DNA of 64,000 nucleotides. Origin: Lingula anatina (taxonomy: Eukaryota > Animalia > Brachiopoda). The DNA is taken from positions 7,936,001 through 8,000,000 of the forward strand of contig CM120643.1 in assembly GCA_051362555.1 (NCBI GenBank), read 5' to 3'. The notes under the pieces were generated by a model that saw nothing but the letters and a program-made list of their open reading frames with translations, was not told the origin of the DNA and did not search any database. Made by a program: the position numbers and the translations under genes. Below, one piece after another: positions 51,561 to 64,000 of the stretch (the first letter of the stretch is position 1; the number at the start of each line of letters is the position of its first letter).

Positions 51561-52506
51561 CCTGATCTGTTATGATATTAGAAATGAGCTCTTTAAAGAG
51601 GATCAATATTACAGTAAGGAATTTCCATCATCTGAATTTTTCAATGTTTATTGCAATTCCTTTGTATTTAAGAGAAGGACATCTTCAAATTTACAGGAAT
51701 GATTCATACTGATCAAATACAGAAGAAATTCAGATATAAGAGTTATGAACTGTCATATTTGAAGTAACAGTTTGTTGATTTGAAAAAATATTATTAAATA
51801 TATTAATTCTGTATCAGCAACATTAAAAGTTTCTTAAAAGCAATTGGGACATGAAATCAACACTATAAAGAAAATATCAATTTATTATTGAACATATTTA
51901 CTTTTTCTTATCACTTGGATAGGCCAAGCTCCTTTTTTAAGTAACAAATAACATAAAAACCTGGCACTTTCCACAACCTAAAGAAAATCTTGTCAACAGT
52001 CACTAAATCTAAATAAACGTACTGCCATAATTCCTGTGGTAAATGACCAATAGTAATGCTTATCTAATCATTATAGGAGTGCCAAATAGAAGGGAAACAT
52101 TTCACCAAGTCTCTGCGGTGAAATACATTCAAAATTATCTTCTAGATCAGCAGCAGAGTAGATATATGAAGAGCATGCAATAATCCTACCCCCCCCCACC
52201 CCCCCCCCTTACAGTCATTCTTGGTACCTTTCCGTGACCACTGACCTTTTTTTTTCGTCAGCATGAGTTGAAAGTGCAGTGTGTAAATGACAACAAAATA
52301 AAAATGAAATCAAAAAGGTGTGGTGGGGGTTGGCTCAGCAAAGAGTGTTTTCATTGGGCCTTGACCAGTTTAATTATGAAAATATATTTTTCTTTTCCTG
52401 ATAAACAGTAACAGTTGTACTCAAGTATTATCCTGAATAAATGTGTTGAACGTTAAAACATTCCTAATACACCGTCACACCTACAAATTAAACCGAGAGA
52501 ACGGCC

Positions 52507-55500
52507 CAGCAATGGACTGCTTACACATCATATATGATAGTAAGAATACAGCTTGGTCTTAAAAAAATCTAAGACCAAAACAGGTTAAGTGTGTCTTAAA
52601 AGAAATACAAGAAAAATCGCTTTCTTTTAAATTATATAGATCAGGGTGAACATAGTCTCAATTGAAATCTCAAAATTATATTATTTCCCAATAAAAATCA
52701 ACATTTTTGATTAAATGGTCACCCAGGTTTTTACGTGTTGAATATCGCTTACAAAATTCTTTCCAGGAGTTTATAGCTATATGATATTTTTTTCTCCTTG
52801 AATCCCCCCCCCCCCCCCCCCCAATTGTCATACTTAAAGAAATCACCATCTGTGTTCCTTCACCGTAAGCGGCATTTTAGTTTTGTAATTAGGCTATGAA
52901 GTGTCCCTGATGATAAATATTTATTATTGCCCTCATGGAAGAAAATAAACGTACATGTAGGTACAGACATTTATCTTTTTCAGTACCAATTTTACTAAGT
53001 CTTATCACTTTCGTTTAATTTGAAAATTATATGGAATAAGCAAGGATCGATAAATTTTGTGAATTGCCTGTACACATTTTTTGTGTCATTTGCACTTTCT
53101 CACCTTTTTAAATTCCAACTAAGGATATCATTTCAGCTGTTTTCTTTCACTTGTGTATAAACGCAAATGCACATTTCCCCATTTTTTCCCCAACCTGATT
53201 CCTGCAATAATAAACTGCTCAAGATGGGTCCAAGTAAGCACCCAGTGAACAACTTGTTTAGTTTGTCCTCGGTCCAAGCAATTACACCTTGAAATCCAAT
53301 TACACTTAAGTATTTCATTTTTATTTTTTTCTTATTCATTTTTAAACTTTTTAATCATTTTCATTTTTGCTCTTACAAAACAATTTGCACTTAGCAGCAT
53401 GCAGTACATATATGACATAATAGTTAAATAAATAGTCATTTTTTACAGATGTAGTTGAACTCCTGGTGACTTGTAATCCTATCTGCATTCTAGGCTAATT
53501 CCCAATCTATGGGGATTAAAGGTACTGTGGTTTACCCCCAGTAAAACCAAGTTTAAGAAAGCGACACATGAACAATGACAAGAGAAATTGGCCCTATCTC
53601 CATATGTGTACTGAAGTAACCATCACATACAGTGTGATGTTTAAACTGAATCCCTTTCAGCAACAAGTTCCCCAAAAAGGCTCACCATTCAATACTCTAT
53701 CTTCATACATCATTGCATGATTCAGGTAGGTACATTGATCAGAGGCAGCATTGCCATTAAGTGCCAATATATGAAAACAAATACAAGACCACAGCCCAGC
53801 AAGTCAACTTCCTGGGACCAGAAGAGCTCAATGTCATGGTAAAGGGCCAATGATGGTACATATTTCTTCAAGACCCTTTTAAATCCTGGGATAATCCTTG
53901 TATGAACTTTTCACTTAATATGGCATACAGAACCGACGTAAAATGTACAATATCCAACTAACACCAAAGTAATCATCCAGATAGATTATGCTAACAACAC
54001 TTATTGATGCAGTTAAAAGGAGGATTTTTTTTGTGTGAAATTTCCATTTCCCATTAATGAGATTGTAGAAACATCAAAGAATGAGACCTTCATAAGTAGG
54101 TCCATCATTCTCTGGTGACTCCTGTCTCAGTCTTAAATGCTCAATGGTGTTCTGGAAATGCTTATTTATCTGCTCAGTCTCTTCATTGGATTCTAAGTTA
54201 GGCAAGTCTTCACGGATCTTTCCGATCAGTTGATTTAGCACCTGGACCGTCATCTGAGGAAAGAAAGGAAAAGAAGTCTGATTACTGGACTAATCACAAA
54301 GATATATTTTTGAACAAATTGTTCCAGTGCTTGCTAAATGGATCTTTAAATTAGGCATAGAATTACTGTATAGTTAGCTTCACCAAAACACAAATCTAAT
54401 AGAGTTGGATATATTATTCTTTAATGTAATATAAGGGTATGTGAGCGTATGTATGTATGTTTATGCTTCTACGTGTATGTGATCATGTATGCATGCATGT
54501 GGATCCAGTGCAGTTTGGAGACATGTTAAAATAAAGAATATTCAAATTTACTTCTAAATACTACTATTCATAGTTGGACCCAGTAAAGTACTAAATTGAT
54601 CAAAACTACTAACAATCAAACCTGAATAATGAGATATTTAAATTAAAATCCATTCTGTTTCCATGCATACAGTATATATTGTCTATCAAGGCACGTTTCG
54701 TCAGCACATTTTTAATATAATCCATGATAAAATCCAAAATAATAATTATAAAACTAAAAAATATTTCCTAATGTGGTAGATTGAAAAAAAAAGTGACCCT
54801 GCAATAAGATTCAAAACACTGCAATAATTATTTCACCTGGTCATTTCCTTTTTCATACATATATATGTAATGGTTGAGGATCTCCACAAAGAGCTGCACT
54901 TGGACAGAGCTGTCCATGCATTGGTTGGCTATCCTCAGGCTTTTCTTCAGACACTCCATCACACGTTTACCATCCTGGACCTGGAAGTACATATCATCAA
55001 TAAAATTTAATAATGTACTGATAATTGTCCAAATAATAAATTCTAATAATCAATATCCTGATGATGATTTTTCTCTGGAAAGGAAAAAAAGATGCCATCA
55101 GCATCATGAGGTCAATCTGTTTGTATCGCCTGTTGTTGGCAAGTGAGCTCTGGTCATGCGGCAAGTCGTTAAGTACAAAGTTCACACTCTGACCACCTTA
55201 GAGTAACTCCCCAGTTATGTACACTGTTCCACCAAAAATGAGGAACATATTTCATAATTGCTTTTTTTTTCTTTTGGTCAGTATATCAATTAATTCAACG
55301 ATTTTAACAAATCATCAAAATTTTCTGTATCTTATCATTATTATAAATGTTGGGTTAATACATATTTAACTTTCATGAACAATGAATTTGAAAAAAATAC
55401 AAATTGGAAGTCTTAGCTACTCCTTTTATTGGAAGTCTTATAAAAAAGTATCACCAAACACTATCAGCTAGCTGTTCCAGACTTTTGCTGTTCTCATAAA

Positions 55501-56806
55501 AGAAAGAAGTCACCATTTTCATCGCCCACTTCCAATTAAGAAAGCTGAACAGAGTCACAACATACAAATAGCAGGTGCTAAACTAGATACTCGCTTGGTG
55601 TCTTATAATCCCGAAGGACTGGGTATTTTTTACACATGTCACTATAATTAATGAATATATTAATTAATGTGGTATACAGGAATGGAAGTCCTAGAAATGG
55701 AAGTCCAGGCTCCCATATGATTAGTACAGGTTAGGGTTCGTTGGAGTATTGGGGTCAGTATATGGGAGGAATGTCACCCGTACAAAGTAGTGGGAAGTGC
55801 ACTACAGTTCCTAGAGGAATACCATTCCTGTTACAGTGGCATTAATAATAAATTTCTATTGTGATAATCATCACTATTGGCCAGCCCTTACCTCTTCCCC
55901 TTCGGACTCTCGCGTTTTTCCTGACCAGAACAGATGTGAGCACGTAGCCACACCACGACACTGGTCTGGTTTCTTCAGAAGTTTGGAGGCTGCCAGAGCA
56001 CATTGTGTTCTGAGAGGTTCATGGTTCTCTTCTCCAAAACACTTCATTTTCTCAAATGTGGCAATGATTAAAGTGATGGCAGAGAGCTGCGCCTTACTGT
56101 CACTGATTTCATCCTCGTACAGCGAAAATGCCTGGAAGAAACAGATGTTTTTTAGATACTAGAGATATTGCAATGTGAAAGTATTTTCTGTTTTGATTTA
56201 AATAAGAAAAAATTTGAAGATTCTCAATCTACAGCTAACCAAGCAAATACTTTCATTACTTGTATCAAGACATTTAAATGTTACTCTTAATTTTCACAAA
56301 CTTATAAAAATCCTACTAAAATTTTTTAACTTATAAAGAATAACTGAAAATCAAATTATAAAATTAATATAAAATATAACCTTTCTTCGAATCCAAGATC
56401 TTATTACATTGAATATTTACCAGTGATCAAACATAACACTGATCAAACAGAGTAAAGGAAACATTTCATTCATAAGACAACTGTGCTCCATGGACATCAC
56501 TATTTCTGAGGTCTACAAGACAACATACTGATCTAACCCGACGCTAATACCTGTATAAATATTCACCTGTGACAAGAATTCATATGCTACAGACTCATGG
56601 TTTTCAAATCCTATCTCTCCAGCAGCCAGTCCTCCCTGAAGAAAGAGTCTAAGCGGGACCTCGGCCATCTCTGCCTTTATCAGGGCTCCTATCGTCTGGT
56701 GACAAAACTGGAAAATCTTCTGACATTTTTTCTCCCACTTATCATCCTAGAAATGGATGAAATATGGATTGAAAATGGGAACCTGCTTCAAATGGAGATA
56801 TCAAAA

Positions 56807-56843
<37 letters not shown>

Positions 56844-59813
56844 GCCTACCCAACTACCAGACATGAATGATCCTGAATTCACCAGTAAATTGGACCACAC
56901 TACCCGTTTTCAAGGTGTGTAGGCCTACCCAACTACCAGACATGAATGATCCTGAATTCACCAGTAAATTGGACCACACTACCCGTTTTCAAGGTGTGTA
57001 TCAGTATGCGCTTCAAAGTATCAGACATGACACCACTCTTGCCTAGTATGCGAAGTGATAGCGATGATTCTGAGCAGGGCTGGAAAGTAGTGCATCTCAT
57101 CTCAAAATTTGTTCCAGGGTATAATATTGTGAAATGCGACCGAGTCTGGTAGTTGGGTAGGGCAGTCTCTCTCTCTCTCTCTCACACACACTCAATCAGT
57201 AGCAATAAATGCAAATAAATATGCCCCCCTCTCTCTCTCTCTCTGATGAATACAAAGGATTTCTGTATGTTTAGCACCTTATTGATAGATCATATCATAA
57301 TCTGTTAATGACACACAAAACATTCACCTCCTCTTCTAGTTCTTTGTACTTGAAAGCCAATTTGTAGGCTGCAAACACCAATGGAGGCAGGGTGTACTTA
57401 ATCCTCATGTTCCCACCATTTCCAAAGTGTTTCCTGGCCGCATTCAAGATCTGAAATCAAACCAAATTACTTTAATATGGGACATATTTGAAAAACATAC
57501 TGTAGCTGTGGTCTGCTGTTTTTTTTTCACACTGAACCAATCAACCATTTAATGTCACAGACCTTAGCTAATAAAAAGATTAGAGACAAAACAGCATTTC
57601 CAAAACATACCTTTTTTCACACCAGAAAAATTCTTATTTGCATATAATTATGCATAATGTACGTGTTATAACTGAAAAATATACATCTAATCTATGCATT
57701 GCACTGAATGAGATTTATTTTGCAATTATAAAGCCTCTCCTCACTAGGTTTGTCAAAATTTATACCATAGAACTAACACTCGCCAAATGCTAAAACTAAA
57801 ATTGACTAAACACAAAATGGTGGATTTAACTTGTTTTAGTCAAATTTCAACCATATGAAGAAAAAAGTGAGGAAAAAGCAGTGATTTGGCTATGAGAAAA
57901 AAATTGCCAGAGCTACCCCAGCCATTATATCAATAGATAATACATATAAAACATTATATCAATAGATAATACATATTAAACATTATATCAATAGATAATA
58001 CATATAAAACAAACACATAAGACTTTTACAAATTTAAATATTTTCCTTTGGTTACTGTCATACCAAATATTGTTGGTCAGCATCTTCCGCCTGCATGAGG
58101 TTAATTAACCTTCCCATCAGGCCTTGTTCCTCTGCAAAATCTTCTGGGTCAATATCATCTTGGGGCTGTCCTTCTTGGTCACAAACCAGTGGCGCCACCA
58201 AGTTCAATATTGCATCAACCTGATTGTGAACAATGTATATTTTCCTTACCTGTTTTATTTTTCACAGCTTGATCAGACAAGATACAGATATGTTTAAATG
58301 AAAATTAAATGCTACAAAAATTTAACAACTTTCGTAATTAAAAAGTGTTTTACACAATTTTTAATAAGAAGAACATAGTAAAAAAGAGTGAGTACAGAAT
58401 ATTAAATTTGGTGACTAAATACTAGTAGTGCAGCCTTTTTGATTTGCCCAATATGCCTTATCTATTACTCATACATAATGTGAGATGTTATATGACTTTG
58501 ACACTTGAGAAACAAATATATATTACCAGAAACTACAAAAAATTTCAATTTAAAAATACTAAAAAATAAATAATACTTAAAAATGCATGAAATATCTCAA
58601 AATATTTCAAATGAAACAAGAAATATTCCAAAATATCAAAAGACAAACCTGTTCCTGTGATGGTATCTTTATATCATTATCTAATGCATTCACTATAATG
58701 TACGAGCTCATGCTCTTCTTGGCGGCAAAGTCAAAGTACTCAAAGAGTGGACCGAAGTGCTCCAGCTGCAGAACGGTCAGTATGTTATTATAGCTGTCCA
58801 CTGGGATCTTCATAAGGCGCATCAACTCCTTGGAAACTGCACTGGAATTCTCTATGCTGTCAAATACAAGAGAGATAACATGTTATATCATATAACTACC
58901 TGACTACTATCACACACACACACACACACACACACCTGAATAGAATATTGTCATATCACTAAATACACACAAACACTGCTTCCCCCTTCACTGATCCCCC
59001 CTTCAATTACTGAAAAAAAAATTCACACCAATGGTTTGAATTTTGACTAGTTGAATCTTAATTCTAAACCGTACCAAATGGCAATGTTCCCCCTCTAAAA
59101 TACCAAAATTTTTCAGGCCCTAAGGCAGGCCTGGAACCCCAAACCAACCACCCCTGCAAACTACTCACTGGTCCAGGTTGAGCCTGTTAAAGATCTCCTC
59201 AGTTGTCTCCAGGACCTTGTCCACGTAATCCACCCTGTCTGGGTAACACTTCAGGGCCAGGTTGATCAGCGCCACCTGCAGGGAAACGATGTCTTCAGGA
59301 GGCATATCAGGACGATTCTGAAATATTGAGAAATCTATTGAAAATTTTGTCTATAGAACATAAACAGCAACAGCAATGGGTTTTTCAAAGGATTGGGGTG
59401 TAATTTTCACAGGGAACAGGGATACGTAGAGCCAGCTAGCTTGGTCTTGTTTATATAGATTATAAAATAACAGCTACATATAAGATATTCTCTGAAGGAC
59501 AGTCAGCATAATTCATAATTATCGAAGGCATTGGAAATTGTCATAGTTGCTGTCACTGTTTTCTTTACCTGAATGACTTGAGAAATCTGCTGTGAAAATA
59601 TATCAAAAAGTTGGATGTCTTGTGGTATACCAACACCTTCCTCTTTGTTGGCAAATTGGGCAAGTCTGTTGAAACAAAGAAAAACACACATGACTTCAAA
59701 TTTTGACAGGAAATATAACTGTTCTTGCAAAGACTTTTACACTTCCAGGTTCAGGTAGAGATGCTTCATAAGACGATTATTTTGAATGATACTAAACTTT
59801 AAGTCGTATCTCT
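52507..59813. repeat. Segmental duplication, copy 2
   Basis: Colinear with 29255-36428. Confidence 0.95.
54074..59665 (-). CDS. VPS35: VPS35 retromer subunit, last nine coding exons (59569-59665, 59169-59317, 58649-58856, 58064-58219, 57328-57450, 56567-56746, 55892-56131, 54837-54980, 54074-54253); upstream exons not in window
   Basis: GT-AG exons in phase, with no stops seen. It keeps conserved residues changed in copy 1 ([15 protein letters not shown]). Confidence 0.85.
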
Positions 59814-60189
59814 GTTGGATTTTGCAGTTGACCTCTCTCCTTACTGGTGCAAATCACTGGAAGTTGCTGGGAAAGATTATAGTAGGTGTCTAAATTTTCC
59901 AGTTAGTATCTTTTCCATTAACCTCTAACATTAAAGAGAAAACAAGTTCAAAACGAGCTAGTACTGAGTAGATTTGAAAATTTGAAAGCTACACTTTATA
60001 ATTACAACAAAATATCAATTCAATGCTTCAAGCTTAACAAGATTAAAGGGACAAAAAATAGGATTAAAAACGCCTTTTTAGTGCATGGATTGCTTCTTTT
60101 TTAACTTATCTGAGAACAATTGCTATGGGTAAAGCATAAAATGGCAGGTAAATGGCCTTAATCAATATCGAAAAAAAGAATCATATTCA

Positions 60190-61500
60190 CCGTCCACTTT
60201 CGAACCCCGGGCGTCAGCCATCTTGACACAGTTTGAAATAACGCGGCTTCTCGACTCAGATACGAGATGTAAACAATGCAGACAGCATGCCGTTTCGAAG
60301 GTGAGCGTGGACGTGAAGGAGAAGAGGAATTGCTCACCGAATCTTTGCAGGTAAGCGAGTTATATTTACCAAAAGTACTTTAAAATGGGAAGATGGCAGT
60401 GGAAATCAAAATGTCTGGCAGAGGAAGTTAAAAAGCGTAGATAACTGCTAATAATTAACGTTTCCTCGGGTAACGCACTCGCAGCCAAATCACTCGCACT
60501 GGGTACGTACTACTAGTTATATAAAGCGAGATAGTGCACTTTACCCCTGAGGTGTATCGATAGTTCTGTAAAGCAGGAGGAATACCCTTTTCTGCTCAAT
60601 GTGGTCATCTACCAGTACTTACAGACTAACCTCACACCATATTCTCGCAGGGGAATCCCATGAGATATACAATGTAACTCGAGTACTAGTGGGGTTAGAG
60701 GGTGTTCTTTGTACGGCACGTAACTACGTTAGCTTATTTGTAAATTTAATAATATTGTCAATGAATATGATTATAAGGAATGATTTTTTAGCCTTTCAGA
60801 GGAGGAATTGGGTGATACATCCCTTCAAGCACGAGTGAAGAGATCAGGTATGTTAATAATTTTAGCAGTATAACATGGGCGGATCCAGGAATATTTGAAA
60901 GGGGGGGGGGTCCGCGGATGCAAAGCCGACCCCCCCTAGTTGGCGTGGGGTCCTGGGCCTGCTTAAAACTTTGGTATTTTAGAGGGTGAACAGTGCCATT
61001 TGGTACGGTTTAGCACTTTACTGTAGTAAATTAGCTAGTCAAAATTCTAATTCCAAGTGGGGAATATTAGTGTGATTTTTTTACATCAGTTCTTTGAAAC
61101 CATGTGTGATTATGTTATTTCTTCTTGTGGCCTTTATGATTTAATGCAGCTGCAGATATTTAAATTTAATTTTTTTTTTTTTTTTTGCCATAATCAGACT
61201 TGCTTCTTTATAATAAGCTGGTTATCATGTAGTGATCATGCCCTCTAATTTGTTGATTTTTGTTAAAGAATAGTGCTGTTATGATAATATCAATACATTT
61301 TTTTCTTTATAACCATTTTATGTAATTTTACTATTACAGTGCCTCAAGTTATGTCTGGAAAACTCATACCAGGAAGCACTCCAATCTTACAATACTGCAT
61401 CACTTCAATGTCGGTGTGACAAGTTGTGTAAAAGACTGCTACAAAAAATTTGCAGCGATGACCACATGATCCACCACCTTTTACCAAAACCGAGTGAACA
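60190..61500 (+). other. CpG-rich promoter-like segment and short spliced exons (donor ~60350, exon ~60799-60847, acceptor ~61339)
   Basis: gccatcttg motif, gcag|gtaagc, tttcag|...cag|gtatgt, ttacag|; no sustained ORF. Confidence 0.3.
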
Positions 61501-62079
61501 GTTTTATATTATAATGCCCATGTACATGTATTTAAAGTGACAAGACTGAGATCAGCGAGAGCCTCAAGGCCTTTATTTTCTGTGCATTGTCAAGTCTTCA
61601 ATAATTTTATAATTTTGTCAAATACATCCAAAGATTCAATTCTAATGCAATACTTGAAAACTTTTTTAGAATATATTTTAATGTCGAACATGTTTTTCTA
61701 AGAACTAGCCCTTTAGTAAATTAACATGTACTATCCAACTGTTATTATTAATCAACATATTGTTATGTACAAAGCATAAGCTGCAGTATCAATGAAGCAT
61801 TAACTGGGTAGAGATTATGAATGAAATAAAAGTTTAAATATTGAAACATCTTTTATTTATATTTGGCAAAAATACAAGAATAAACAAAGTTTGCTACATA
61901 AGTTTGGAATTTGGCCAAATCATCTTTATTATTACCTGTCACATGTAATGAATGAGACATACACAGATTCTGTAAGCTAGAATGCATAATTATTTTCATA
62001 CTCATTAATGCCATCTTCATAAATAAGCCTTCTATTCAAGCATTCACAAACTTTCACATTGTGCAGTACACATTATAGT

Positions 62080-63830
62080 ATGATAACATTTTTGAGAGAG
62101 ACTTATTAATAGCCAGGCTATCATGTTAAGAGTCTGATGTACATGCAGACCCATGAGGATTGCAGATCAACAAATTATCCCCCTCTCTGTCAGTGTATTG
62201 ACTCACGTGAGCTGTCTCCATGCAAAGGGATGTGTCATAAGAAAGGACCAACCCAACTTACACAAACATAAATTGTTTCATCAGTAAGATATTCACACAT
62301 ACTTTTCCAAGATGTGCAGGGAATAAATAGAAAGGTATAAATATTTCTTTAAAAAATACAGGCATAGCTTCCCTGCATGAATTCTAAATAATGGCTGAGT
62401 GGAGAATTGAATACAGGCACAAGTGTTCACTCAAACCATTTTTGTAGATCTTAAAAGAAATGACATGCAGTCATTTGCCAAATACAGAATTTTATGCTGT
62501 AACAAAGTCACAAAACTGCAACTGGTGATCTTACAAAATCTAACAACACACTGGTTTAAAATCAAGTTGAAATCACAATATGCCACCAGTACCATATTCC
62601 ATAATACATTTGATGTCATTTAGATTTAAGAAGTAAATGCTGGACCAAAATGGTTTATTCTCAATATCAGGCATATGACTTAGGTTTGGGAGGAAAGACC
62701 ACCTTGATTTCCAATCTGTCTGCATTATAGCATACATGTAAGTGCTAGATGGTTTGAAGTCAGCAGATTATGCTTTGTCACATTGGCAAGATGAGTTCAC
62801 TGAATATATCCTGTAAGCAGCACTCGAAAGTCAGGAAAAGTCTCTCACTATCCAACTCGTCCCCGCTTTGGACCCTCAAGAAAAGTTCATCTTTTTTTGG
62901 TGGAGAGCCATGGAGTTCCTCTTCCATGTAAAAAAACTCTTCTTCAGGACATCATACTGGCAGTTGCTCATAACCTTTAGGTCTAAAAAAGCAAATCAAA
63001 ATAATAATAATAATAATTTATTAAGATTGCAACCCAGTGGGTTGAAGTTGTACATAGTGTTAAGAAAATTATAATGAAAATAAAGTGAATATTTGCTTGA
63101 ATAAAACTGAGTTAAAAGACTGCTAATTGAACTTTAAAATTATTGTTCTTAGGATAAAAGACAACATAATACTATTGGAAATTTAAAAGTGCATACGGAA
63201 TAAAAAAGCATCAGAATCTGTCGGTCTTAAATTGTGGCACTTTGTTACTATTGTTTGATCTTAAAAGACGATTGGATTGATCAATAAAGATGTGATTCAG
63301 TTTGTCAGAGGATTCAGTTATTTTGTAAAAGAAAGTTTTGCACAGATCTCTTCGTTTATCTAAAGTACACATATGCCAGGTTCAGGGTTTCATCATAGTA
63401 TAGGTCAGGGAAAATAATCTTCAAAGCACGAGTTTGGTCAGTCTCTTAGAGTTTGCATTGCTCTATAGTTAGTCCTGGATGCCACACAGGGCAGGCATAT
63501 TCTAGAATTGAGTGCACAATACTTTGGTAAAGCTTAGCTCGTTTCAGTTGACGGAGGAAATAGAGTCTTGCATTATGTTTACATTATGTGTCGCCAATTT
63601 GGAAAAAAAATTGATAAAAGAGAAATCATGCACCTATATGCCTAATATATGAGGAATGAATATCAGCTTATTAAAATTCTGCTTACTCTAAAGACATGTT
63701 TTAGTCCCATGTTGGATCATCAGGATCCTTTAATTCCCTCTTCTTCAGCATCTTCCTCCTCTTCCATCTGCACTTCTTCCAGTTCAGGCATACCATAGGA
63801 AAAAGTTACCTTGATACTGCAACCAAAAAA
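62080..63830 (-). pseudogene. Decayed spliced coding relic, possibly of a large DNA transposon
   Basis: Codon-like exon remnants with many stops (DLKVMSNCQYDVLKK...; LSYDTSLCMET...; acidic EEVQMEEEEDAEEE and DPDDPTW). Confidence 0.3.
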
Positions 63831-64000
63831 AAAAAAAGCAACAGTACATAAAATAAGATAATCGAGTTTGAGAAAAATTACGAAAAAACATAACTGAAAT
63901 AAGTATAAAACTCAACTGAAATAAGTATAAATGCCATTTTTCTCAATATGATCACCTTAAATTATCTAGACTGTCATCTTCAACTGTACTAGTATTAACT

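Overview
AT-rich, intron-containing animal genomic DNA (invertebrate, probably a lophotrochozoan such as a mollusc; inferred from protein and repeat style). It is not prokaryotic, and most ORF-track entries are spurious. The window is a heavily rearranged, transposon-rich mosaic. (1) About 4.5-11.7 kb: a candidate minus-strand, TATA-driven, multi-exon, apparently non-coding gene built from repeats. It includes a 10-copy tandem array whose ~131-bp unit is one 52-nt exon plus one ~79-nt GT-AG intron, along with 52-bp and 70-bp exonic repeats. (2) The last four coding exons of a MOV10-like SF1 RNA helicase (15.8-17.8 kb, minus), with its upstream exons absent from the window. (3) A Helentron/HINE-type satellite-bearing element abutting the truncated 3' LTR of a frameshifted BEL/Pao LTR retrotransposon (22.3-28.8 kb). 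(4) Two copies of the 3' half of VPS35 (29.3-36.9 kb, pseudogenised; 52.5-59.8 kb, exons intact). (5) A CARD-like short ORF, a short RTE-derived retroposon starting exactly at an HDV-like ribozyme fold, an IS3EU-like foldback element, a spliced P-element-like transposase relic, and many MITEs and microsatellites. All coordinates were read by eye and may be off by a few bases. No database searches were run.
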